DNA from: an uncultured Eubacteriales bacterium | GTDB lineage: Bacteria > Bacillota > Clostridia > Christensenellales > QALW01 | DNA length: 64,000 bases | Assembly (NCBI GenBank): GCA_900547955.1 | Contig: URIR01000005.1 | Location: 4,412-68,411 of the forward strand | Reading direction: 5' to 3' | Shown: positions 1-8,998 of the stretch, piece after piece | Layout of the letters: each line of letters starts with the position of its first letter | How positions within the stretch are numbered: the stretch's first letter is position 1 | The notes under the pieces: generated by a model | What the model saw: only the letters and a program-made list of their open reading frames with translations | Databases searched by the model: none | What the model was told of the DNA's origin: nothing | Translations under genes and position numbers: made by a program

Positions 1-36
1 TATCTGAAAGCAGGCTACTATACGAAAATTTTCTTT

Positions 37-1370
37 GTGGAACGTGACGTGCGCTATATCGCAATCAATGACGGCGTGGACAGAGCAAAGGGCGACAATG
101 ATTTTACCCCTTTCCGCAACCTGTTCAACGATTTTTACGCCAAAGATACCAGTAAAAAGGTACGGGCAATCAAACGGGCGCAGGGCATGGCGGGAGAACA
201 TTTATCAAAGCCGCCCTATGGCTACAAGGTAAGTCCTGCGGAAAAAAACAATGGATTGTTGATGAAGAAGCCGCTGTTGTGGTAAAGAGGATTTTTGACC
301 TGTGTATTGCGGGAAATGGACCTATGAGGATAACGAAAATCCTAAAGGCAGAAAAGATACCTACCATCAGAGTCTACTATGCGAAACAGAAAGGCAAGCC
401 GCTTCCCGAAAATCCGTATAACTGGGACGAAAGCACCATTATTTCTGTCTTGGAGCGCATGGACTACTGCGGGCATACAGTAAATTTCAAAAGCTATTCC
501 AAATCCCACAAGTTGAAAAAGTGTATTTCCACCACAAAGGAGCAACAGGCGATTTTCCGCAATACCCATGAAGCAATCGTGGAAGAAGCAGTCTTTGAAC
601 GGGTACAGGAGTTAAGGGCAAACAAACGCCGCCCCACAAAAGCGGAACGGCAAGGTTTATTTTCCGGCTTGGTATTCTGCGCAGACTGCGGAAGTAAACT
701 TCACTTTGCTACCTGCAAGAGTTTTAACGGCTCACAAGACCATTACCGCTGTGCAAAGTACAAGAGCAATACGGGCAGTTGTACGGCGCACTTCATCAGA
801 GAAGAAACGCTAAAGGCAATCGTTCGGCAGAGGATATTTGACGTGACTGCACTATTCTATGAGGACGTGACCGCCTTTATGGAACTGATACGGAAACAGC
901 GGTTTGATGAAGCGGAAGAGGACATGAAGCGTAGACGACGTGAGGTCGGACAGGCAAAGAAGCGAATTGCGGAACTTTACCGTATTTTCAAGCGGATTTA
1001 TGAGGACGATATAAACGGCACTATCAGCCATTACAGATTTTTGAAATTATCCGCTGAGTATGAAGTAGAACAGAAAGAACTCTTGGAAAAAGTGCAGACA
1101 GGGCAACAGGAAGTCGATACCTACGAACAGAATAAAAGCGACTTTGACAGCTTCGCCGCCATTATCCGCAAATATGTGGGAATAACCGAATTAACGCCCA
1201 CTATCGTTAATGAATTTGTGAAGAAAATCGTTGTCCATGCGCCGGAGAAGATAGACGGCAAGCGTTTTCAGAAAGTAGATATTGTCTTTAACTTTGTGGG
1301 AGAAATCCATTTGCCGACTGACCCGCAGACGGAGCAGAAAGAAGCAGATAAACAGGAAAAGACGGCATAG
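37..1370 (+). pseudogene. Large serine recombinase (resolvase/recombinase/Zn-ribbon/DUF4368-like tail), 5' end outside window, frameshifted
   Basis: ORFs 37..285 and 279..1370 are one gene in two frames. ...YGYKVSPAEK continues as KQWIVDEEAAVVVKRIFDLCIAGNGP if the A7 run at 242-248 is read as A8. A CxxC...C zinc-ribbon block (CADCGSKLHF...YRCAKY..GSCTAH), a coiled coil and a KKIVVH...VDIVFNFVGEI tail follow. Confidence 0.85.
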
Positions 1371-1458
1371 CCCTTGAACGGGGCTATACCGCCTAATCGG
1401 AAGATAATACTTCATTGTGACCGAAAACCTTATACTTTCCCGGCTATGAAAAATATAT

Positions 1459-4098
1459 TCAATTATATCTTTTACGCTTGTAAATTAAAACTCCTAATGT
1501 ACTTATAAGGCCGATTACTGCGGCTCCTGCGGTATATACAGTCATGTTGTCGCCGCTTTGGGACGGGTTATCCAGAGGAGATTCAACCAGCCTCGAGGAC
1601 GAGTAGAAATTACCAGATGGAGTTTTTGAGCATATACTTATATAATATACGCTTGCTTCGGCGGGTACTGTAACCTCCACTTTTCCATCGCTATATGTTC
1701 CTTGAACGGACAGCCATTTTTGCTCTATTTCATTTTTATCGTTATAGCTTAGCGGTTCGGTTGCGTAATACAGCGTGACGTCTATATCTGTTGCGTCTTT
1801 GGGCGCGTCCAGAGCCAGTTTAAGCTGTCGTCCCATGCCGGCCGTTGGCTGTTCAGTAAAATACGCCAGAGGCTCTCCGTCCTTTACGATGCTGTCGGCG
1901 AAACGGTAAATTTCTGCTGGGGTCCAGCCCTCTATATGTCCGTGCAGCAGACCGTGCTTTATGCATATCTGAGCGTTTTCCAAATTATCAAAGCTGCGGC
2001 TGCTGGTATTTACGCTCGCCGAAAAATCGCTGTCGCTGTTAAGTATGAGAACGGGCATTTTAACATTGTCAAAGCGCACAGAACCTTCCCATAGCTTATA
2101 AGTGGCTTCATCATAGCGTTCGCTTCTGTCCGACAGCGATTCGTGCATGTAACCGAACAGGTAAACAGGCACGGCAAAGGCAAACCGGGCGTCATAGCCT
2201 ATGAGATTAGCTACAACTGAACCTCCTGCTGAAATTCCGGTAACGCCTATTTTATCCTTATCAATAAGAGGGTCGGCGCGCAGAATATTATTTGCCAGAA
2301 TACTTTTGGCTACTGCGTGATAAAGCCATTGACGTTCAAGAGGCAGATTGCCCGTGCCGTAGCCTTCGGTAGCGCCGCCCTGGGCGTCCTGCGTCCAGCC
2401 GCCCTTGCCATCGGGCATAAGAGCTCCATGCTGGATGGCTATAGCGGCGTATCCGCGGTCATTCCAGATTTTTATCCATTCGGCAAAGGGATATCCACCC
2501 GAGCCGTGCAGCAGCAGCACGGCAGGTACGGGGTTTTCGGCGCTGGCCCCTTCGGGATATCCTATGTATCCGAAAGCGCGGGTGGGCTGGCCGCGATAGT
2601 CGTCTACGCTGTCATAATAGAAGCATTTTATTCCATTATAGCCTGCCGGGTCATATTCTGGAGTATATGTTATTTGAGGCGTATAGTTCAGCAGTTCGCC
2701 GTATCTCTCCTTAGCCTGCTCTACTGCCTCGTCTATACTGGACGGAGTCTCAGGCAGATTGCCTTCCTCGCCCGTTATGCCGCCCTCGTTAGGCTGATTT
2801 ATAATAAGCTGCGGGTCGTTGGTAAGATAGAAGGAATCAAAGCGATAGGAATCCCCGGCAAATGCGCCTGTGCAGCGCATATCCAAGCCTATGGTGGTTA
2901 CATCAAAATCCACCTTGGACATATCCAGCTTAAATACAACATAGCCTTTAAAGCTGGCTGGCACAGCGAATGAAGAATTGGCTACGCCCGAGCTGGATTT
3001 ATCTCCTCCTACCACCTTTAGGCTTTCTCCCTCGAGAGTATAAAGGGATACGGTATCGGCTGTGAGGTAGATGCGGGAGGAGGCGCCTCGAAGAGTAACG
3101 GTTAGATTGGTTTCAATTCCGGGTATTCCGTAATAATAAAACATAAAATACTGATAGTCTGCGGCATTAGAGTTAAACCGGCTTGTTAGAGCAGTATTTT
3201 GGCCGCAGAGCAGAACCTCGCACCATTGGCCGTTGACGGGCATTACCGAAGCGATGCCGTTGCCGGAGTGGCCGCTCTTTTTAATAAAGTATTCTGCTAC
3301 GGCTGGTACGCCGAATTGAGTCAGGTCAGATGAAGAATAGCCTTCTGGCATTGTGCTGTCTGTTTCAAAACTGTCAAAGCCCTCTAAAAGCATATAATCA
3401 TCGTTGTCCATATCGGGACTGCCGGGATTAAACATATCTATTACTTCCTTTGGCGAATTAGTTAAATAGAATGAATCGAAACCGTAGGAATCATCCTTGA
3501 GCGCGCCGTTTGTTCTCACATCCAATACAATGTTTGAGACGTCGAATTTTACTGACGACATATTCAGGCTGTAGACCACATAGCCATTAAAGCTTGCCGG
3601 TATAGTGATGGAAGAATTTTCTGCCGCGCCTGAGGCGTTGCCTCCCTTGACGGTCTGGCTCTCTCCATTCAAATTGTAAAGGGAGGCCTGACCGGCGGAA
3701 AAATAATATCTTTCCGAGGAGTCTCTTAGGGAAACGGTTAATTCAAGAGGTATGTTTTCTATGCCTTTTATATAAAACATAAAATATTTGTAGCCGTCTG
3801 CATTTGCCGCGAAATTACTGGCCAGGGCGGTGCCGGCGCTATGCAGAACCTCACACCATTGACCGTTCTTGGGCATTATCGAGGCAATTCCCTTGCCCGA
3901 ATGATAGACTGACTGGGAAACAAAATTGGGCAGAGCTATTCCGTAACTGGTTAAATCTCCGCCGTAGTAACCGTTTATGCCCTTTTCAAAATCTTCGAGC
4001 AGACAATAATTTGTCCCTTGCTGCGGAGCCGACTGGGAAATGGGCAGGATACCCAGAACTAGAATAACGGCAAGCAGCAATGTTACCGCGCGTTTCAT
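1459..4098 (-). CDS. Secreted alpha/beta-hydrolase (esterase) with two N-terminal tandem ~190-aa modules and a C-terminal TM anchor
   Basis: Signal peptide MKRAVTLLLAVILVLGILPISQSA and RBS AAGGAGG upstream. GxSxG nucleophile elbow GISAGGS and HGSGG oxyanion-type motif. C-terminal hydrophobic helix followed by KRKRYN. Confidence 0.75.
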   Translation of the reverse strand: MKRAVTLLLAVILVLGILPISQSAPQQGTNYCLLEDFEKGINGYYGGDLTSYGIALPNFVSQSVYHSGKGIASIMPKNGQWCEVLHSAGTALASNFAANADGYKYFMFYIKGIENIPLELTVSLRDSSERYYFSAGQASLYNLNGESQTVKGGNASGAAENSSITIPASFNGYVVYSLNMSSVKFDVSNIVLDVRTNGALKDDSYGFDSFYLTNSPKEVIDMFNPGSPDMDNDDYMLLEGFDSFETDSTMPEGYSSSDLTQFGVPAVAEYFIKKSGHSGNGIASVMPVNGQWCEVLLCGQNTALTSRFNSNAADYQYFMFYYYGIPGIETNLTVTLRGASSRIYLTADTVSLYTLEGESLKVVGGDKSSSGVANSSFAVPASFKGYVVFKLDMSKVDFDVTTIGLDMRCTGAFAGDSYRFDSFYLTNDPQLIINQPNEGGITGEEGNLPETPSSIDEAVEQAKERYGELLNYTPQITYTPEYDPAGYNGIKCFYYDSVDDYRGQPTRAFGYIGYPEGASAENPVPAVLLLHGSGGYPFAEWIKIWNDRGYAAIAIQHGALMPDGKGGWTQDAQGGATEGYGTGNLPLERQWLYHAVAKSILANNILRADPLIDKDKIGVTGISAGGSVVANLIGYDARFAFAVPVYLFGYMHESLSDRSERYDEATYKLWEGSVRFDNVKMPVLILNSDSDFSASVNTSSRSFDNLENAQICIKHGLLHGHIEGWTPAEIYRFADSIVKDGEPLAYFTEQPTAGMGRQLKLALDAPKDATDIDVTLYYATEPLSYNDKNEIEQKWLSVQGTYSDGKVEVTVPAEASVYYISICSKTPSGNFYSSSRLVESPLDNPSQSGDNMTVYTAGAAVIGLISTLGVLIYKRKRYN
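2803..4005 (-). repeat. Intragenic tandem duplication of a ~190-aa module (aa ~32-215 and ~236-432 of the esterase)
   Basis: Collinear motifs occur in both copies: LLEDFEKG/LLEGFDSF, GIASIMPKNGQWCEVL/GIASVMPVNGQWCEVL, YKYFMFYIKGI/YQYFMFYYYGI, IPASFNGYVVYSLNMSSVKFDV/VPASFKGYVVFKLDMSKVDFDV, FDSFYLTN in both. Confidence 0.75.
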
Positions 4099-4224
4099 TT
4101 TATCATTACCTCCTTAAAATGTATATTGAAATTTGCTATTAAATATTGTATATTATTATAAGAATGGTCTCCCATCAAAAAAATGAATGGCGCGATTTAT
4201 TTCATAGATAAGTGAAGTGAAGAA

Positions 4225-5736
4225 ATGAATACCGCATATTTGGAAAATTTCATTGCGATAGCAGAGGAGAAAAATATATCCGCCGCGGCTCGCCGTATGC
4301 ATATTGCTCAGAGCGCTCTGAGTACGCAGCTTAAAAGCCTGGAGGAGGAAACAGGCTGCGTGCTTCTAAGGCGCAGTCCCCACGGCGTGAGTTTGTCGTT
4401 TGAAGGAGAGCTTTTTTATAGATACGCCCGCCGTATGCTGGCTTTGGAGCGTGAATTGAAGGATAGACTGGGGGATTGCGCGGAGGGAGAGACAGGAGTT
4501 TTGAAGCTGGGGATAAGCTCGGCATGTCTGGCTTGGGTGCTGGACGGTCCGCTGCATCGCTTCGGCCGCAGATTTCCCAAGGTAAAATATGAAATATATG
4601 AAAAATCAGGCACAGAGGTGCTTACCGCGCTGAGGGATAGGATGGTGGACGTGGGAGTTATAAAAGCGCTGGCCGTTCCTATGGAGGATATGCGGGTGCA
4701 TTATAAAAATTCCGAGCCCATGGGCGTGCTGTATGAGAGCAGGGCAAATTATTTTTCAGGGGGAGATATTTCCTTTGCCCAGCTTAACGGCGTTCCCTTG
4801 TGTCTTACGCGCAGAACTCTTGCGGCTATTACTCATGCCTGCGCGGCTAACGGCTTTGAGCCGTCCATCAGCGTGCTTTGCGAGCAGTTTGAAACTGCGG
4901 CCAATATGGCGCTGAGGGGCAGAGGAGCGGCGATTGTGCCCCTTGCTATGGCCGAGAGGTATGCGCGGGGCACTTATTATGAGGATAAACGCTCCTATTT
5001 TCATGCGGCTAAGGTCAGGGTATATAAGCTTAACGGGGAAAGAATATACCCTGATATATGCGACGCTACCAGCAATGCGGACGAATGCTCGGTAGTGCTG
5101 CCTAAAGGCTTCGATGGATATTTATTATATCCTCTTGACGTACAGGCAACTGTTCCTCTGCGCAACAGGATGGATACGCGGGCCAGCATACAGAATATGG
5201 AGAGCGTAAATCGTATTGTGTTTGATTTCAGATTCAATGATGTTGAAAAGGGACAGCAATATGCTATAGGAGGGATATATATGGCTAACGATATATCCGA
5301 GCTGCCCGAGAGCTGCTGCGTGCTGGACGATTTCAGCGACGTATACCGTCTGGCCGACGAATATCGCGTAGCCGACCTTTCCAGTTACAGACAGAGTATT
5401 TCCATGATATCCTCCGGAGCGGTTAACGAATTGAAAAACGCCCTTATATTAACTGTGCCTAACAGCGAACAGTATGTGGATGCGGTGCATTGCTGCACCG
5501 ATTGGATGCACTCGCGTTTTTTGCCTAATGTGCATAATTACAGGTATTTTGCTGTGCGTATAATTAATATGGATATAAAGGAATTGTGCGTTTCTGTTAT
5601 GCTGCTTGAGCTTCCGCGCTTGAATATTGCAAGGCTGGAAGAAAAAGTGCTTGATACCGCTGTAACTGTAGTTTCATATTCAGATTGCCCTCTTTCAGCC
5701 CCAGCAGCCGAATTTGTTAAGGAATTTGAAAGGTAA
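4225..5736 (+). CDS. LysR-family transcriptional regulator with a ~200-aa in-frame insertion in the effector domain
   Basis: N-terminal HTH (ISAAARRMHIAQSALSTQLKSLEEE). LysR-type C-terminal end (...VVSYSDCPLSAPAAEFVKEF). Total length is 503 aa against ~300 for the family. It is divergent from the esterase gene. Confidence 0.8.
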   Translation: MNTAYLENFIAIAEEKNISAAARRMHIAQSALSTQLKSLEEETGCVLLRRSPHGVSLSFEGELFYRYARRMLALERELKDRLGDCAEGETGVLKLGISSACLAWVLDGPLHRFGRRFPKVKYEIYEKSGTEVLTALRDRMVDVGVIKALAVPMEDMRVHYKNSEPMGVLYESRANYFSGGDISFAQLNGVPLCLTRRTLAAITHACAANGFEPSISVLCEQFETAANMALRGRGAAIVPLAMAERYARGTYYEDKRSYFHAAKVRVYKLNGERIYPDICDATSNADECSVVLPKGFDGYLLYPLDVQATVPLRNRMDTRASIQNMESVNRIVFDFRFNDVEKGQQYAIGGIYMANDISELPESCCVLDDFSDVYRLADEYRVADLSSYRQSISMISSGAVNELKNALILTVPNSEQYVDAVHCCTDWMHSRFLPNVHNYRYFAVRIINMDIKELCVSVMLLELPRLNIARLEEKVLDTAVTVVSYSDCPLSAPAAEFVKEFER

Positions 5737-5810
5737 TGAGTAAGCAGGCGTACATAGGCTCAAGGCAGAATACTCCTTTTTTCAGAGGCTTATGAATAAG
5801 ATTATGATTA

Positions 5811-5930
5811 GCGGCGCAAAAAAATCCCGCGGCGTTTGCGGCCCTATAGGGCCGCTGGGCCGGGCGCAGCCCGGCCGGTCAGGCTCCCGGCAGGGAGCCT
5901 GACAAACGCCGCGGGATTTTTTTGCGCCGC
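5811..5930. terminator. Bidirectional terminator-like structure: 28-bp perfect outer stem enclosing three GC-rich hairpins
   Basis: GCGGCGCAAAAAAATCCCGCGGCGTTTG (5811-5838) is the exact reverse complement of 5903-5930. Inner hairpins lie at 5839-5854, 5859-5875 and 5879-5902. T7 runs follow the stem on both strands. It sits between convergent genes. Confidence 0.6.
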
Positions 5931-5956
5931 GCAGATATACGCGGGTATTAAATTTG

Positions 5957-7426
5957 TTATTTAACAAGAGTCTTGAAGCGCTTATACGCTTCGTCCCATT
6001 TTTCTGGATTTTCCGGCTTGTAGGTCACGCTGGGGAAGGATTCGGATATTATTCTGCGCGCAGTCTTAATATCAGGAACGGCTTTAAGCGCTATAAGCTG
6101 GCACATTATATTGCCTATAGCCGTAGCTTCTACAGGACCGGCTACTACCGGCCGGTCTATAGCGCTGGCGGTATATCTGTTGAGCGCGGCGTTCTGGCAG
6201 CCTCCGCCTACGACATGCAATACAGGCAGCGAATAATCCAGAATCTTTTCCAGTCCTTCAAGAGACATACGGTATTTAAGCGCCAGACTTTCCAGTACGC
6301 AGCGTATAATTTCCTCGGGCTTTTCAGGCACATACTGATTCGTGCGTCTGCAATACTCCTTGATACGGCCGCTCATATTGTTCTGCGGCATAAATAGATT
6401 GTCGTCCGGGTCTATAAAGCATTTAAAGCCCTCGGCCGTTTCTGCCATTTCAGCCATTTGGCCGAAGGAATAGTCAAGCCCCTGCTTCAGCCATTCGCGG
6501 CGCAGCTCTTGAATAATCCAAAGTCCCATAATATTTTTTAGGAGACGGGTGGTGCCGTTGTAGCCGCCTTCGTTTGTAAAATTTAATTCTGCCGCTGCGG
6601 CGTCCATGTATGGCGAGGGCGTTTCGCTGCCCAAAAGAGACCAGGTGCCGCTCGAAATATAGGCAAAATGCTCTTCGCTTGCCGGAACGGCCATTACCGC
6701 GCTGGCGGTATCGTGCTGCGAGACCGAAATAACCGTAGGGTTGCTTTTCAGCCCCAGCTCGGCAATTATTTTTTCAGACAGCGGTCCGGCGGGCGTGCCG
6801 GCGGGGGTTAGGGGAAGCAGTAAGCCGCTGCTTATATTCAGCGCCTTGAGCACTTCTTTGTTCCAATCTCTTGTTTTAGGATTTATCATTTGAGAAGTGC
6901 TGGCAATGGTATATTCGCAGATTTTTTTGCCCGTCAGGAAATATGTAAATAAATCGGGGGTAAATAGCAGAGTGTCCGCCTGACTGAGCAGTTCAGGCTG
7001 CTGCTCTTTTAAGGCCAGGAGCTGAAAAAGAGTATTAAACTGCATAAACTGCAGTCCGGTTTGAGCGTACAGCTCCTTCTTGGGCATAAGCCTGAAGGCT
7101 TTTTCCATCATGCCGTCCGTGCGGCCGTCCCGATAATGCACAGGGTTGCCGAGCAGGCGGCCCTGCTTATCCAGCAGGCCGAAATCCACCCCCCAGGTAT
7201 CTATGCCTATGCTAGCAATATCGTCCTGCCCCTGCTTCTTGCTTTCAAGCAAACCCTGCTTAAGCTCGAAGAACAGCCTTAATATATCCCAGTATAGAGT
7301 CCCGTTTATTTCAACCGGGTCGTTGGAAAATCTGTGAAGCTCGCTGAGGGTCAGCCTGGAGCCGTCAAATTCTCCCAGTATGGCGCGCCCGCTGGACGCT
7401 CCAAAATCAAAGGCCAATACTTTCAT
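5957..7426 (-). CDS. rhaB: FGGY-family carbohydrate kinase, rhamnulokinase-like
   Basis: MKVLAFDFGASSGRAILGEF...LHRFSN..V..NG.LYWD N-terminus is typical of rhamnulokinases. Start trimmed to the ATG at 7426, which has GGAG upstream. Confidence 0.65.
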   Translation of the reverse strand: MKVLAFDFGASSGRAILGEFDGSRLTLSELHRFSNDPVEINGTLYWDILRLFFELKQGLLESKKQGQDDIASIGIDTWGVDFGLLDKQGRLLGNPVHYRDGRTDGMMEKAFRLMPKKELYAQTGLQFMQFNTLFQLLALKEQQPELLSQADTLLFTPDLFTYFLTGKKICEYTIASTSQMINPKTRDWNKEVLKALNISSGLLLPLTPAGTPAGPLSEKIIAELGLKSNPTVISVSQHDTASAVMAVPASEEHFAYISSGTWSLLGSETPSPYMDAAAAELNFTNEGGYNGTTRLLKNIMGLWIIQELRREWLKQGLDYSFGQMAEMAETAEGFKCFIDPDDNLFMPQNNMSGRIKEYCRRTNQYVPEKPEEIIRCVLESLALKYRMSLEGLEKILDYSLPVLHVVGGGCQNAALNRYTASAIDRPVVAGPVEATAIGNIMCQLIALKAVPDIKTARRIISESFPSVTYKPENPEKWDEAYKRFKTLVK

Positions 7427-7724
7427 TATATCACTCCAAATATTTTTTAGAACGCGCCCGTCTAAAAAGGGTATTTTGTCATGCGGCATAAATGAAACCC
7501 TTAAACAAAGCGCGCTGTTTTATAAATTTTGCGGCATAAGGGCATAAATTAGAATAACCAGCCCGGCCAATTAATGTATGTGCTAATGAACATATATGCA
7601 GAACATAAGCTGTTCAGGGATTTAATAAGCCGTCAAGCCATATACCGCCCTTGCTGATAAGGACTGCGCGCAAAAATGCTTTCTGCCGGTACGACGGTAT
7701 ACAGGCCGTTAAAAAATCCCTGAT

Positions 7725-8282
7725 TTACTCTTCAGACGTATCTCTGGCCAGCACATCGTATACGGCCTTGCTGATGAGGCCCGCCTTATTCTTCATATTT
7801 TCTTCCAGGCTGCGCGCTTCATCTGGACCGTTAGCGGGCAGCGCCAGCTCCAAAACGCATTTGTCATCGTCAAACGCGCGCATAAATACTATATAGCTGC
7901 CGTCCGAAATACATGAGCGGTATGTTGTAATTTCATTCTCCTGTCTGAATGCAGCGCGGTTGTTTTGGACGTAGGCGTCTATGCGGTCCCGCACCGAGCC
8001 TTTTATCATGGGCACAAAATGGGCCAGCGACTGTCTTCCGCTTATGGAGAGAATATATCGTTCGCCCGTTTGGGAAGGATATGAAAAAATAAGTTTGCGC
8101 TCAAGCAGATGCTCAAGCGCGTTGCGGTAATCAAAATAATTTATTTCGGTGGTCTCGTCCATAATTTCTATAAGCTGATTCAGAGTAGTCCCCTGGGCCA
8201 TACGCTCCAAAACGTAAAGCACGGTCAGCAGCTCTTCGGTAAAATTATGCCGTTGCGGTCCCCATTCATTTTTGTTTGCCAT
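7725..8282 (-). CDS. DUF4364-like putative winged-helix protein
   Basis: 185 aa with GGGAG RBS. The pattern LLTVLYVLERM...LNQLIEIM......NYFDYRNALEHLLERKLI resembles DUF4364 proteins of Clostridia. Assigned from recognition only. Confidence 0.45.
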   Translation of the reverse strand: MANKNEWGPQRHNFTEELLTVLYVLERMAQGTTLNQLIEIMDETTEINYFDYRNALEHLLERKLIFSYPSQTGERYILSISGRQSLAHFVPMIKGSVRDRIDAYVQNNRAAFRQENEITTYRSCISDGSYIVFMRAFDDDKCVLELALPANGPDEARSLEENMKNKAGLISKAVYDVLARDTSEE

Positions 8283-8320
8283 TTTGCGTGCCAGCTCCCG
8301 TTTGCCCTTCCAAGCCCTGC

Positions 8321-8551
8321 TTATTTAGCGATAAAATCCTTAATATCGTTTAAAAGCGCGTCGCAGTCGTCGCTGTATATTTCCATAGTAACCGGCTTGG
8401 AAAGGTCCAGGCTGAATATGCCCAGTATGCTCTTTGCGTCTACTACATAGCGGCCCGAACGCAGGTCAATATCGTAAGGATATTTATTAATAATGGATAC
8501 GAGCGATTTGATGTTTTGAGCTTCCTTCAAAAGTATGTTTACTGATTTCAT
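8321..8551 (-). CDS. HPr-like small protein (no obvious active-site His15 context)
   Basis: 76 aa. VDAKSILGIFSLDLSKPV resembles the HPr fold signature. Strong RBS GGGAG. Confidence 0.5.
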   Translation of the reverse strand: MKSVNILLKEAQNIKSLVSIINKYPYDIDLRSGRYVVDAKSILGIFSLDLSKPVTMEIYSDDCDALLNDIKDFIAK

Positions 8552-8998
8552 AATAATCTCCCTTTCTCCGCCCCTTAACGGTTAAAATAAACGGCTGTCC
8601 CGTTTGTTTTGAGCAGGATGTTTCCTTTCATATTATTATATATTATTTTTTCGTATTATTCAAGTAAAAGTATGCGCAAAAGTTATTTTTATGCGCTTTG
8701 CGGGAGAAAAGACCATGTTGAAGCCTTTTGCAGGCGCCGCGCGCAGTAGGAGAAAGGGCGGGCTTCGCGCGCGTGGCATTGAAATATTGTTAAAATAGTG
8801 CTAGCGCTTGTTATTATAGTGTATTGTTTTGAGAACGGCCGCGCCTTATAATCATATATAAACATTTGCGTTTGTTTTTTTCAGATTCTAATTAACTAAC
8901 AAACGCTTTGCGGAATACATGTCAAAATCATGCGCGGCTTTTCAGTTGGAAATTTTACCTACAAAAATAAAGCTAAAGCGGAAAGGAATAATTAAATT

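Noticed and set aside
8868-8906. 9-bp inverted repeat GCGTTTGTT...AACAAACGC upstream of the lipoprotein gene, with a cre-like ACAAACGCTTTGCG
   Set aside because: It is too far from the cre consensus (TGWAANCGNTNWCA) to call. It may be a weak hairpin or an unknown operator.
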